NCBI GenBank assembly: GCA_044221825.1
Contig: JBGAOL010000001.1
Location: 1 to 36,815, forward strand
Source: Gemmatimonadales bacterium
GTDB taxonomy: Bacteria; Gemmatimonadota; Gemmatimonadetes; Gemmatimonadales; GWC2-71-9
Direction: 5' to 3'
Length of the DNA stretch: 36,815 nt
The translations under genes were made by a program, and so were the position numbers. The notes beneath the pieces are model-generated. The model saw nothing but the letters and a program-made list of their open reading frames with translations, searched no databases and had not been told where the DNA came from. Positions 5,385-14,024 of the stretch are shown here, piece by piece (position 1 is the stretch's first letter; every line of letters starts with the position of its first letter).

Positions 5385-7226
5385 TCAGCCCAAGGTGCCG
5401 TCCAGCATGTTCACGCGTGGCGGCGGCTCGGGCACCGGGGCGGCACCAAAGACCTGGGCCGCCCGGATGTTCCCCTCGATCGCCGCGATCATCCCGTCCA
5501 CTTCCTCCTCGGCCTTCCGCAGCGCGTACGGGTACAGCAGCCGATACCCAGCCAGGCTGAGGCCGCCGAGCAGTGCCGCACCGCCGAGCGCGGGAAGCGC
5601 CGCGAGCGCCCCGAGACCCATGGCCGCGAGGCTCACCCCGCCGGCAATGGCGGCCCCACTGGTCCCGAGCGCCCCGGCGATCCAGTAGTTGGTGCGAAGA
5701 TTCTTGCGGAGGCCCGGCCGCAGGTCGCCGTAGATGGTGACCTCGGTGCTGGTCCCGCCGGCCCCGGAGACCGGGCGCATCGTGACGTTGAGCTGGAACA
5801 GCTCGAGCTGATACATGCGGTAGGTGAAGGGGGTGTACGACTCGAGCACCCCGGCGCTCGCGAGCCCGCCCTTCATGATGTTGGGTACGTCGAATACGAG
5901 CACGCCGCCGCTGAAGGGGTGCCCACCCACCGTATCGCGCAGCCGGAGGAGATAGGGGCGGGCGGTGAACACCCGGCCGATGGCCTCGAGGGTGAGCTTG
6001 GGGCTGGACTTGATGAGACGGGAGACGGAGAAACTCCGCTTCTCGGTGCCGAGGAGCCGGGTGATCCGGCGATCCTCCCCGGTCCCGCCAACCACCACCG
6101 CCCGCCCCGGGGCGCGGTCACCGGGCTGCTCGGCGAGCGCCAGCGCCACAAACTCCGGCGCGATCCCGACCTCGGCCGCCGCCTGTTCCACGTCCTTGAG
6201 CCGGTAGCCGCCAGTGGGGAGCGACTGGGTGATGCCGATCAGCCCGCCCTCCTGGGAGCGGAGCTGCAGCCGCGACGCGGCCTCCGCCTGCAGCTGCGCC
6301 GCGCGCAGCCAGATGGCCTGGGCCTGGTCCTCCGGGACGACCCGGTCGGCGGAGGTGACCGTGGCGAGCTGCATCGCGGAGCGCTCGAGGGCCAGTGCCA
6401 GCGCGTCGGCCAGGGCCTCGCCGGTGTGGAAGCGTGCCTCCGGCTCGCGGGCCAGGCAGCGGTCGATGACCTCGACGAGTGGGCGCGGCACCGTGGAGCT
6501 GACGGTGGCCAGGGACGGCGCCTGCCGGCTGGCCACGGCCACGAGCACGGCGGTGGCGTTGTCGCCCTCGAAGGGGAGGCGGCCGGAGAGGGCGTAGAAG
6601 CCCGCCACGCCGAGCGAGTAGAGGTCGCTACGGCCGTCGAGGGGCTGGCCGTTGGCCTGCTCCGGGCTCATGTAGTGGACGGTCCCCACCACCTCGCCCT
6701 GCTGGGTGAGGGACGAGGCCGACTGGTCCCGCGCGATGCCGAAGTCGGTGACCACAGCGCGTCCGGTGGCGCGCTCCACCATGATGTTGGCGGCCTTGAT
6801 GTCGCGGTGCACCACGCCCCGGGCGTGCGCGTACGCGAGCGCCCAGGCCGACTCGCGGAGGATGCCTACCACCTCCTGCGGCGGCAGCGGGCCGCGATCC
6901 CGCACCCGCTCGGCCAGGGTCTGGCCGTCGATGTACCCCATCGTGAAGTAGGCGTAGCCGCCCACCTCCTCCGCGCGGTAGATCGGGACGATGTTCGGGT
7001 GGGAAAGCTGGGCGGCGGTCCGTGCCTCACGCAGAAAGCGCTCGCGCACGCCCGGCAGGGCGCCGAGGTGCGGCGGCAGCACCTTGATGGCGACGGGGCG
7101 CTCGAGGCGCGTCTCCCGCGCCAGATAGACGACCCCCATGCCGCCCCGGCCGAGCTCGCGCTCGAGGGAGTACTGGCCCGCAAGGAGCGGGGCGAGCTGT
7201 TCAACGATGCCGTCAGGCGAGGTCAT
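5385..7226 (-). CDS. Hanks-type Ser/Thr protein kinase (STK1) with a large uncharacterised C-terminal domain and a Gly/Ala-rich membrane anchor
   Basis: Track ORF of 613 aa. Kinase motifs: G-loop LGRGGMGVVY, VAIK, HRDIKAANIM, DFG (VTDFGIA), YMSPEQ. The C-terminal ~330 aa has no motif I recognise and ends with YWIAGALGTSGAAIAGGVSLAAMGLGALAALPALGGAALLGGLSLAGY. Confidence 0.85.
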   Translation of the reverse strand: MTSPDGIVEQLAPLLAGQYSLERELGRGGMGVVYLARETRLERPVAIKVLPPHLGALPGVRERFLREARTAAQLSHPNIVPIYRAEEVGGYAYFTMGYIDGQTLAERVRDRGPLPPQEVVGILRESAWALAYAHARGVVHRDIKAANIMVERATGRAVVTDFGIARDQSASSLTQQGEVVGTVHYMSPEQANGQPLDGRSDLYSLGVAGFYALSGRLPFEGDNATAVLVAVASRQAPSLATVSSTVPRPLVEVIDRCLAREPEARFHTGEALADALALALERSAMQLATVTSADRVVPEDQAQAIWLRAAQLQAEAASRLQLRSQEGGLIGITQSLPTGGYRLKDVEQAAAEVGIAPEFVALALAEQPGDRAPGRAVVVGGTGEDRRITRLLGTEKRSFSVSRLIKSSPKLTLEAIGRVFTARPYLLRLRDTVGGHPFSGGVLVFDVPNIMKGGLASAGVLESYTPFTYRMYQLELFQLNVTMRPVSGAGGTSTEVTIYGDLRPGLRKNLRTNYWIAGALGTSGAAIAGGVSLAAMGLGALAALPALGGAALLGGLSLAGYRLLYPYALRKAEEEVDGMIAAIEGNIRAAQVFGAAPVPEPPPRVNMLDGTLG

Positions 7227-7263
7227 GGGCTGAAGATCGCGCGAGTCGGGGCCGGAGGAAAGC

Positions 7264-9567
7264 TCAGTTGGTGAGCGGGCGCGGCGCGGGGGCCGCGGGG
7301 GGCGTGCGCGGGGGACCCAGGGTCTCGTCGATGAAGCCGGTGAGCAGCGTCCGCAGGTGCATCGTGGTGTTGCCGCCGAAGATGCCGTGGTTGCGGTTGG
7401 GGTAGCTCATGAAGTCGAACTGCTTGTCGGCCTTCACCAGCGCGTTGACCAGCGCCTCGGTGTTCTGGTAGTGCACGTTGTCGTCGCCGGTGCCGTGGAC
7501 CAGGAGGAGGCGGCCGCGGAGGCCGCCCACGTGGCTGAGCGGGGAGCCGGCGTCGTAGCCGGCCTGGTTGTCCCGCGGGAGGCCATTGAAGCGCTCGGTG
7601 TAGACGTTGTCGTAGTACTTCCAGTGGGTCACCGGGGCCACGGCGATGGCCATCTTGTAGACGTCGCTGCCCTGGAAGAGGGTGTTGAGGCTCATGAACC
7701 CGCCGTAGCTCCACCCGAAGATGCCGATGCGCGCGGGGTCCACGTAGCTCCAGCGGCTCATGGCGCGGGCGGCGGCCACCTGGTCGTGCGTCTCCACCAC
7801 GCCGAGCTGGCGGTAGATGATCTTGCGCCAGGCGCGCCCGCGCATCCCCGTGCCGCGGTTGTCGATGCTGGCCACCAGGTACCCCTTCTGCGTGAGCAGG
7901 GTGTACCAGAGATAGTTGGCGCCGCCCCAGGCGTCGAGCACGGTCTGGGAGCCGGGGCCGCCGTAGATGGAGATGAAGAGCGGATACTTCTTCGACGGGT
8001 CGAACCCAGCCGGCTTCATGATCCAGCCGTTGAGCGGCACCCCGTCGGCGTCCACCTGGAAGAACTCCACCGCGCCGCGCTCCAGCGCGTTGACCCGCGC
8101 GCCGAGCTGGGCGTTGGCCGCCAGGACCCGGCGCACCCGGTGGTCCGGCAGCGAGACGAGGTCCGTCACCGGCGGCACGCCGAAGCGCGAGAAGGTGTGA
8201 ATCGCGGTGCGGGCATCCGGCGCCAGGTTGTAGCCGTGCGTGCCTGCCTGCCCCGCCGGCGAGATCCGCTCGGCCTGGCCCTGCCCGTCGAGCCGGGCGC
8301 GGTAGAGATAGCGCTGCGCCGCGTTGTCCGGCGAGGCGATGTAGTAGACGTAGCCGCCGGCTTCATCCACCCCGGCCACGCTCGCCACGTCGAAGTCGCC
8401 CGGGGTGAGGAGGGTGGTGGCCTGGCCGTCGCGGGAGACGGTGTAGAGGTGGTTCCAGCCGTCGCGCTCGCTCTCCCAGAGGAGGCGGCGGCCGCCGTCG
8501 AGCCAGCGCCAGTCGGCCACCTCCACCCAGGCGCTGTCGCGCTCCACGAGCACGGGGCGCACGCTCCCGGTGCGGCGGTCGCCGAGGAAGACGGTGTTGG
8601 TGTTCTGCAGGCGGTTGAGCTGCTGGACGGCGACCTCGTCGCTCGAGCCCGCCCACTCCATGCGGGCCAGGTAGTGGTTGCGCGGGTCGCCGGGGAGGGC
8701 GAGCCAGCGGGTGGCGCCGCCCGCGGCCGGCACGATGCCGATCCGGGCGGCGGAGTTGGACTCGCCGGCCTTGGGATACTGCACCGGCACCGCCTGGGAG
8801 TAGAGCGAGTCAGTGTTGTTGAGCATCACGTAGTCGCGCACCGAGTCCGCGTTGAGCTGCCAGTACGCGATGGCGGTGCCGTCGGGGCTCCAGCGCCAGC
8901 CGTCGGCGTAGCCCATCAGCTCCTCCTCGTAGACCCAGTCGAAGGTCCCGTTGATCATGGTGCGGGAGCCGTCGCGGGTGAGCTGGGTGATGCGGCCGGT
9001 GGCCAGGTCCTCGACGTAGAGGTTGTTCTCGCGCACGTACGCCACCTTGCGCCCATCGGGCGCGTACTTGGCGAACATGAGCGTCGAGGGCTTCGCCTGC
9101 CGGCCGCCCAGCTGCTTCAGGCGCCAGGTGCGCAAGTCGAGCGACCAGTAGTCGCCCCGGGTATTGAGGCGCCAGACGGGCTGGGTATTGGTGAAGAGCA
9201 GCAGCTGCCGCTCGTCGGCCGACCAGCTGTAGGCGTCGACGGCCAGCGGCACCGTGTCGCGCGGGGGAATGAGGCGGGTGGCCGGAACCAGCACGGTCCG
9301 CTCCCCGGTCTCCACGTCGTAGCGGACCAGGTCCTGCCCGCCCTTCCCCTCCCGCGAAGCCTCGAGCGTGGTGTACGCCTTCCCGCCCGCCAGCCAGCGC
9401 GCGGGCCCGAAGGTCTCGGGCCGGAACTCGGGGCTGGCGTAGATCCGGCGCAGGTTGAGCAGTGCGGTGTCCGCCACCTGCGCGGGGACTGGAACCGGAC
9501 GCCACACCAGCAGGGCGAGGAGCGCGGGCGTGGCCCGGCGGGCCACGGAGCGGAAGGCGGGGTGCAT
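7264..9567 (-). CDS. Dipeptidyl-peptidase IV-like serine peptidase (family S9B), secreted
   Basis: Track ORF of 767 aa. Signal-like N-terminus (ALLALLVWRPVPVPAQV), a long propeller-type N-terminal region, then an S9 hydrolase domain with the GWSYGGFMS nucleophile elbow, GTGDDNVHYQN and YPNRNHGI. Confidence 0.85.
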   Translation of the reverse strand: MHPAFRSVARRATPALLALLVWRPVPVPAQVADTALLNLRRIYASPEFRPETFGPARWLAGGKAYTTLEASREGKGGQDLVRYDVETGERTVLVPATRLIPPRDTVPLAVDAYSWSADERQLLLFTNTQPVWRLNTRGDYWSLDLRTWRLKQLGGRQAKPSTLMFAKYAPDGRKVAYVRENNLYVEDLATGRITQLTRDGSRTMINGTFDWVYEEELMGYADGWRWSPDGTAIAYWQLNADSVRDYVMLNNTDSLYSQAVPVQYPKAGESNSAARIGIVPAAGGATRWLALPGDPRNHYLARMEWAGSSDEVAVQQLNRLQNTNTVFLGDRRTGSVRPVLVERDSAWVEVADWRWLDGGRRLLWESERDGWNHLYTVSRDGQATTLLTPGDFDVASVAGVDEAGGYVYYIASPDNAAQRYLYRARLDGQGQAERISPAGQAGTHGYNLAPDARTAIHTFSRFGVPPVTDLVSLPDHRVRRVLAANAQLGARVNALERGAVEFFQVDADGVPLNGWIMKPAGFDPSKKYPLFISIYGGPGSQTVLDAWGGANYLWYTLLTQKGYLVASIDNRGTGMRGRAWRKIIYRQLGVVETHDQVAAARAMSRWSYVDPARIGIFGWSYGGFMSLNTLFQGSDVYKMAIAVAPVTHWKYYDNVYTERFNGLPRDNQAGYDAGSPLSHVGGLRGRLLLVHGTGDDNVHYQNTEALVNALVKADKQFDFMSYPNRNHGIFGGNTTMHLRTLLTGFIDETLGPPRTPPAAPAPRPLTN

Positions 9568-9696
9568 GCGGATCGCGGGACAGGGTGGATCGTGCAGGGG
9601 CCGGTTGCGTGCCCCGACGTGGCCGGCCGCGGCGGGTTTCGGCGCGGGCGGTCCGGAAACGTAGCCCGGCTGGCGCGCAGGAGAGAGGGGCCGGGA

Positions 9697-12354
9697 TCAG
9701 GGATTGGGGCGCGGCACAGTGTCGGCGAGTTCCGCCCGGAAACGCTCGGCCGCGGCGGGCTCGCCCAGGGAGTCGAAGGCGGCCACGAGGTCGCGGCGGG
9801 CGGCACGGAGGAAGCTGGTGGCGGGATCGGTCTGCCGGACCAGGATGTCGTAGCCGGCGCGCGTCTCGCCGATCGCCGCGCGGTAGCGGCCCTGGCGCAG
9901 CAGCGCGCGCCCCAGCTTGATGTGCCCGATGCCGGCGTTGACGTGACCCGGCGGCAGGATGCTGTCGTAGATGGCCAGCGCCTCCCGGAAGAGCGGCTCG
10001 GCGCCGCGCGGGTCGCCGCGCTGCATCACCACGCTGGCCACATTGGCGAGGGCCACGGCCACGAACTGGTGGAACTCCCCCAGGCTGCCCCGGTAGATGG
10101 ACAATGCCTCACGGAACCGCGCCTCCGCCACGGGGTAGTCGTCCACGGTCCAGGCCACGTTGCCGAGTTCGTTCAGGGCTTCCGCCACCTGGGGGTGCCG
10201 GGGGCCGTAGACGCGACGCTGCACGGCGAGCGCCTGGTCCAGGGCCGTCACCGCCTCCGGAATGCGCTTCTGGTAGGTGAGGGCGCGCCCCAGGCGCGTC
10301 AGGTTGGCGGCCACCTCGGGGTGCGCCTCGCCGTACCAGCGGCGCGTGATACCCAGGGCCTCCGTGTACAGCGACTCGGCGGCGGCGTAGTGGCCCAGCA
10401 TGAGCTGCACCTCGCCGAGGGCGGCGAGGTCGCTGGCCACGTCGGGGTGCCGCGGGCCGTGGCGCGCCGCGTCGAGCGCCAGCACGGCGCGGCCCAGGGT
10501 GTCGGCGAGGGGGTAGTCCCCGGCGTAGAAGTGAGCCTGGGCCAGCTCGCGCAGGTGGGTGGCGTGCTCGGGGGTGGAGGCGCCGGCGGCGGCGTCCTGC
10601 CGGACCAGGGCGGCCAGCAGGGTGATGGCTTCGGGGTAGCTGCCGCGCTTCTGCAGCACCTGCGCCAGCGTCACCGTGGCTTCGGCCACCACGGGGTGGT
10701 CGGCCGGGACGGCGTCGCGCACGCGCGACAGCGCGTCGCGGGCCAGCGAATCGGCCTCGGCGAAGCGGGCCTGCGCCATGCGGAGCTGGGCCAGCGCCAC
10801 GAGGCTCCGGGCCAAGGCGGGGTCCTCCGCGGGAACGCGGGTGCGCCGCTGGGCGAGCGCCCGCGCAAGCAGCGTGTCCGCCCGCTCCAGCTGCCCCAGC
10901 CGCTGGAAGACGCTGCCGAGCGTCTGCAGCAGCTCCTCCTGCACCGCCGGCTCCCGGTCGAGCGCCGAGGCATCGCGCACCCCACCCTCGAGCAGCGACA
11001 CCACCCGCAGGCTCTCCGCCGGGGCCACGGCGGCCTCGCCACCCTGGAACAGGCCGAGCATGAACTCCTGGATCCGGGCGCCGCGCGCGGCCTCGGCGAG
11101 CGCGGCGTTGCGCGCCTGCGCCAGCCGGTAGGTGTAGAAGCCCACCAGCCCCACCAGGACGAGCAGCACGAGCGTGGCCGCGGCGGTGGCGGCCGCGTGG
11201 CGCCGGAGGAACTTGCCGAGGCGATACCCGAGCGCATCGGGCCGCGCCTCGAGGGGCTCCCCGGCCAGGAACCGGTCGATCTCGGCAATGAGCGCATCCA
11301 CGCTGCGATAGCGCCGTGCGGGATCGGGATGGATGGCGGTGAGGCAGAGCACGTCGAGGTCCGCCCAAGTGCTTGTGCCCACGGCGGACCAAAGCTCGCC
11401 GGCGCGCCCGGCCACCTCACGTGAGGCCAGGGATGGCCGGACCGGCGGGCCGCGCAGGACGAGGGCGGCCGCGGCCTCGGGCGCGAGACCGGTGACGTCG
11501 AACGGCAGCCGGCCGGCGAGCAGCTCGTAGAGGACGACACCGAGGGCATAGACGTCCGTATGCACGCCGATGCGCCCGCCGAGGAGCTGCTCGGGCGCCG
11601 CATAGCCGGGGGTCAGGGCGCGGAGACCGGTGCGGGTCTGGTCGGCCGGGAGGTCCACCGCCTCGAGCTGCTTGGCGATGCCGAAATCGAGCAGCTTCAC
11701 CACGCCGTCGGCGCGGACCAGGATGTTGGACGGCTTGAGGTCGCGGTGAATGACCGCGTGCTCGTGTGCGTGCCGGACGGCCTCGGCCACGGTGCGGAGC
11801 AGCCGGAGCCGCTCGCGCATGGAGCTCCGGCGGGTCCGGCACCACTCGGTGAGCGGGAGCCCGTCGACGTACTCCATGGCAAACCACGGGGTGCCGTCGG
11901 GCAGCATGTCGGCGTCGTACAGCCGGGCGATGCCCGGGTCGTTGAGCTGGGCCAGCGTGCGCTGCTCGGCCCGGAAGCGCTCGCGCCGCGCGGGGGAGAG
12001 CCAGGCGTCGGGCAGGATCTTGATGGCCGCCTGGGTGCGGAGGTCCGCGCGCTCAGCGAGGTAGACCACGCCCATGCCGCCCTCGCCCAGGATCCGGAGC
12101 AGGCGGTAGGGACCGAACAGCTGGCGGCGCGCCGGCTGGTCCACGCGGCCCACCACCACCTCGGCGGCACCGGCGAGGCCGCGGTCGAGGACCGAGTCGT
12201 CGGCGGCATCGGCCGCGAGCATCCCGAGGACAAGGCTCGCCAGCTCCACGTCGGCCCCCGCCCGGGCGCGCACGTGCGCCTCGCGGGCCGGGGCGGCCTG
12301 GGCCAGCGCCTCGTGGAAGAGCGCCTGGATCTCGTCCCAGCGGGCGCGCTCCAT
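9697..12354 (-). CDS. Ser/Thr protein kinase (STK2) with a transmembrane segment and a long C-terminal TPR-like repeat domain
   Basis: Track ORF of 885 aa. Kinase motifs LGEGGMGVVYLA, AAIKIL, HRDLKPSNIL, DFGIAK, YAAPEQ. One hydrophobic helix (AAATLVLLVLVGLVGFYTY). About 450 aa of repeated TPR-like units follow (..HP.VA..L..LG.V......Y..AE.L...AL..). The ATG lies 5 nt after the ECF sigma stop. Confidence 0.85.
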   Translation of the reverse strand: MERARWDEIQALFHEALAQAAPAREAHVRARAGADVELASLVLGMLAADAADDSVLDRGLAGAAEVVVGRVDQPARRQLFGPYRLLRILGEGGMGVVYLAERADLRTQAAIKILPDAWLSPARRERFRAEQRTLAQLNDPGIARLYDADMLPDGTPWFAMEYVDGLPLTEWCRTRRSSMRERLRLLRTVAEAVRHAHEHAVIHRDLKPSNILVRADGVVKLLDFGIAKQLEAVDLPADQTRTGLRALTPGYAAPEQLLGGRIGVHTDVYALGVVLYELLAGRLPFDVTGLAPEAAAALVLRGPPVRPSLASREVAGRAGELWSAVGTSTWADLDVLCLTAIHPDPARRYRSVDALIAEIDRFLAGEPLEARPDALGYRLGKFLRRHAAATAAATLVLLVLVGLVGFYTYRLAQARNAALAEAARGARIQEFMLGLFQGGEAAVAPAESLRVVSLLEGGVRDASALDREPAVQEELLQTLGSVFQRLGQLERADTLLARALAQRRTRVPAEDPALARSLVALAQLRMAQARFAEADSLARDALSRVRDAVPADHPVVAEATVTLAQVLQKRGSYPEAITLLAALVRQDAAAGASTPEHATHLRELAQAHFYAGDYPLADTLGRAVLALDAARHGPRHPDVASDLAALGEVQLMLGHYAAAESLYTEALGITRRWYGEAHPEVAANLTRLGRALTYQKRIPEAVTALDQALAVQRRVYGPRHPQVAEALNELGNVAWTVDDYPVAEARFREALSIYRGSLGEFHQFVAVALANVASVVMQRGDPRGAEPLFREALAIYDSILPPGHVNAGIGHIKLGRALLRQGRYRAAIGETRAGYDILVRQTDPATSFLRAARRDLVAAFDSLGEPAAAERFRAELADTVPRPNP

Positions 12355-12359
12355 GGGAC

Positions 12360-12896
12360 TCAGGGGCCGGGACGGAGCGCGTGGGCCAGCCAGGCGCGGG
12401 CCGCGCGCCAGTCCCGCAGCACGGTGGCCTCCGACACGCCGAGAAGCTCGGCGATCTCGGGGACCTCGAGGCCGCCGAAAAAGCGGCCCTCCACCATGGC
12501 GGCCTGCCGCGGGCTCACCCGCGCCAGCGTCTCCAGCGCCTCGTGCAGGCCCAGCACCTCGGCCGGGCTCGTGGTGCCGCCCTCGAGGGCATCGTCGAGC
12601 GTCACCGGCATCGCCCCGCCGCCGCGCTTGTCGGCCAGGCGCCGGCGCGCGGCCTCCACCAGCACCTGCCGCATGGCCCGGGCGGCCACCCGCTTGAACT
12701 CAAGCCGCGAGAGCCGCCCCACGGCGGGCGTGGCGGCCAGCTTGAGCCACGCCTCGTTGACCAGCGCGGTGGGCGTGAGCGTCACCTGCCGGTCCCCGCG
12801 ACGCACGGCACCCGCCAGCCGCCTGAGCTCCTCGTACGCCGCCGCGAAGAGCCGATCCACCGCCAGCCGCTCGTCATCCGGGACCATGGTCACCAT
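12360..12896 (-). CDS. ECF-type RNA polymerase sigma factor (TIGR02999-like subgroup, the type usually paired with Ser/Thr kinases)
   Basis: The track ORF 12360-13508 was trimmed to the ATG at 12896 (GGAGG 6 nt upstream; the discarded 204 aa are Gly/Arg/Ala-rich shadow sequence). This gives 178 aa: LFAAAYEELRRLAGAV.., region 2 LTPTALVNEAWLKL, region 4 HTH EIAELLGVSEATVLRDWRAARAWL. Confidence 0.8.
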   Translation of the reverse strand: MVTMVPDDERLAVDRLFAAAYEELRRLAGAVRRGDRQVTLTPTALVNEAWLKLAATPAVGRLSRLEFKRVAARAMRQVLVEAARRRLADKRGGGAMPVTLDDALEGGTTSPAEVLGLHEALETLARVSPRQAAMVEGRFFGGLEVPEIAELLGVSEATVLRDWRAARAWLAHALRPGP

Positions 12897-13031
12897 TGGG
12901 GCCCTCCGTGGTTCCCAAGGTACGCCCGGGACCGGAATCGGCCAGCCACCCGTCGGCCTCATTCGGGCCATGATGGTTTTTCCCCGCGTCCTGCGCATGG
13001 CGAAGGGACACCCCCATGGACGGAGGCTTGG

Positions 13032-13979
13032 ATGCGTGGACTGACAGTGATGGCGCTCGGGATCGGGGCGCTGGCGGCGGGCATCGGTTGTGGTGGCGGC
13101 GGAAGCACCGGTCCCTCGAATGGCGGCGGTGGAGGGGGCGGAGGCGGTGGCGGGGGCGGCGGAGGATCCAGCGGGTTCTCCGCCGTGATCGACGGCCAGG
13201 CCTGGAGCGCCAGCAGCACCAGCCGGAAGGCCCAGGTCGGCCCGTTCGGGGCCATCACCATCCAGGGCCTGGCCAACGGCACCACGCTGCTCCTGATCCT
13301 CTACAACATCGACTCGGTGGGCACCTATCCGCTCGGCATGGGCGGGACCGCGGTGGGCGGCCTCGGACAGGTCAGCGACCTCACCGGCCGCGGCTGGAGC
13401 ACGCCGCTCTCCGGGGCGGCGGGCAGCGTGACCATCACCACGCTCACCAGCAGCAGGATCGTGGGGACCTTCACCTATGATGCCGATTCCCTCCTGGGCA
13501 GCGCCCATGGGACACGGGCCGTGACCGCGGGCCAGTTCGACCTGCTCCTCGGCGGCACCTTCGCCCCCCTGCCCGACAATGCCGGGAGCCGGCTGGACGG
13601 CACGGTGGGCGGCGCGCCGTGGCTGGCGTCGACGGTGGTGATGCAGCTGCAGGCCGGCACCCTGGTGCTCGGTGCCAACAACACCGCGTACACCCTGTCG
13701 GTGGCCGTGACGGGCTTCACGGGGCCCGGCACGTACACGGTGGGCTCCGCCCCGGGCGACGCGGTGGTCACCATGATCGGGCCGGTGTCCAATCCCTTCG
13801 GCAGCGTGAACTGCTGCTGGGGCGGCGGCGGCGGGAACACCGGCACCCTCACCGTCACCGCGCTGAGCGCCACGCGGCTTCAGGGCACCCTCTCCGCCTC
13901 GTTACCGCCCACGCCGGCCACCGCAGCGTCCGGCACGCTCACGGTGAGCGGCGTGACGTTCGACATCGGCATTCCCTGA
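13032..13979 (+). CDS. Lipoprotein with a poly-Gly linker and two tandem beta-rich modules; unknown function
   Basis: The track ORF 12381-13979 was trimmed to the ATG at 13032 (GGAGG at 13022-13026), giving 315 aa. Lipobox LAAGIGC, then a GGGGSTGPSNG(15)SSG linker. Two similar ~130-aa modules each end in a T(L/V)T.L(T/S)..R(I/L).GT(F/L) motif. Confidence 0.7.
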   Translation: MRGLTVMALGIGALAAGIGCGGGGSTGPSNGGGGGGGGGGGGGGGSSGFSAVIDGQAWSASSTSRKAQVGPFGAITIQGLANGTTLLLILYNIDSVGTYPLGMGGTAVGGLGQVSDLTGRGWSTPLSGAAGSVTITTLTSSRIVGTFTYDADSLLGSAHGTRAVTAGQFDLLLGGTFAPLPDNAGSRLDGTVGGAPWLASTVVMQLQAGTLVLGANNTAYTLSVAVTGFTGPGTYTVGSAPGDAVVTMIGPVSNPFGSVNCCWGGGGGNTGTLTVTALSATRLQGTLSASLPPTPATAASGTLTVSGVTFDIGIP

Positions 13980-14024
13980 CGGCCCGGCCGTCGTTCCCCG
14001 ACTCTCTCCCAGCGAGGTGCCGTC

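Noticed and set aside
5349-7274. 641-aa plus-strand ORF
   Set aside because: It is the antisense shadow of the STK1 kinase gene. It has low complexity and no motifs.
7357-11424. 1355-aa plus-strand ORF, the longest in the track
   Set aside because: It lies antisense to two well-supported minus-strand genes (S9 peptidase, TPR kinase). Its composition is dominated by Gly/Ala/Arg/Val/His/Pro and it has no recognisable motif. It is a typical high-GC shadow ORF.
12928-12954. GGGACC / GGAAT ... CGTC as an ECF-type -35/-10 promoter for the lipoprotein gene
   Set aside because: The spacer is 12 or 18 nt depending on which -35 is chosen. I do not know the promoter consensus for this ECF subgroup. 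A chance match in GC-rich DNA is likely.
13092-13175. GGN-rich DNA tract, considered as a microsatellite or contingency locus
   Set aside because: It uses mixed GGC/GGT/GGA/GGG codons rather than a pure repeat unit, and it encodes the Gly linker of a lipoprotein. Slippage is possible, but nothing in the sequence shows it.
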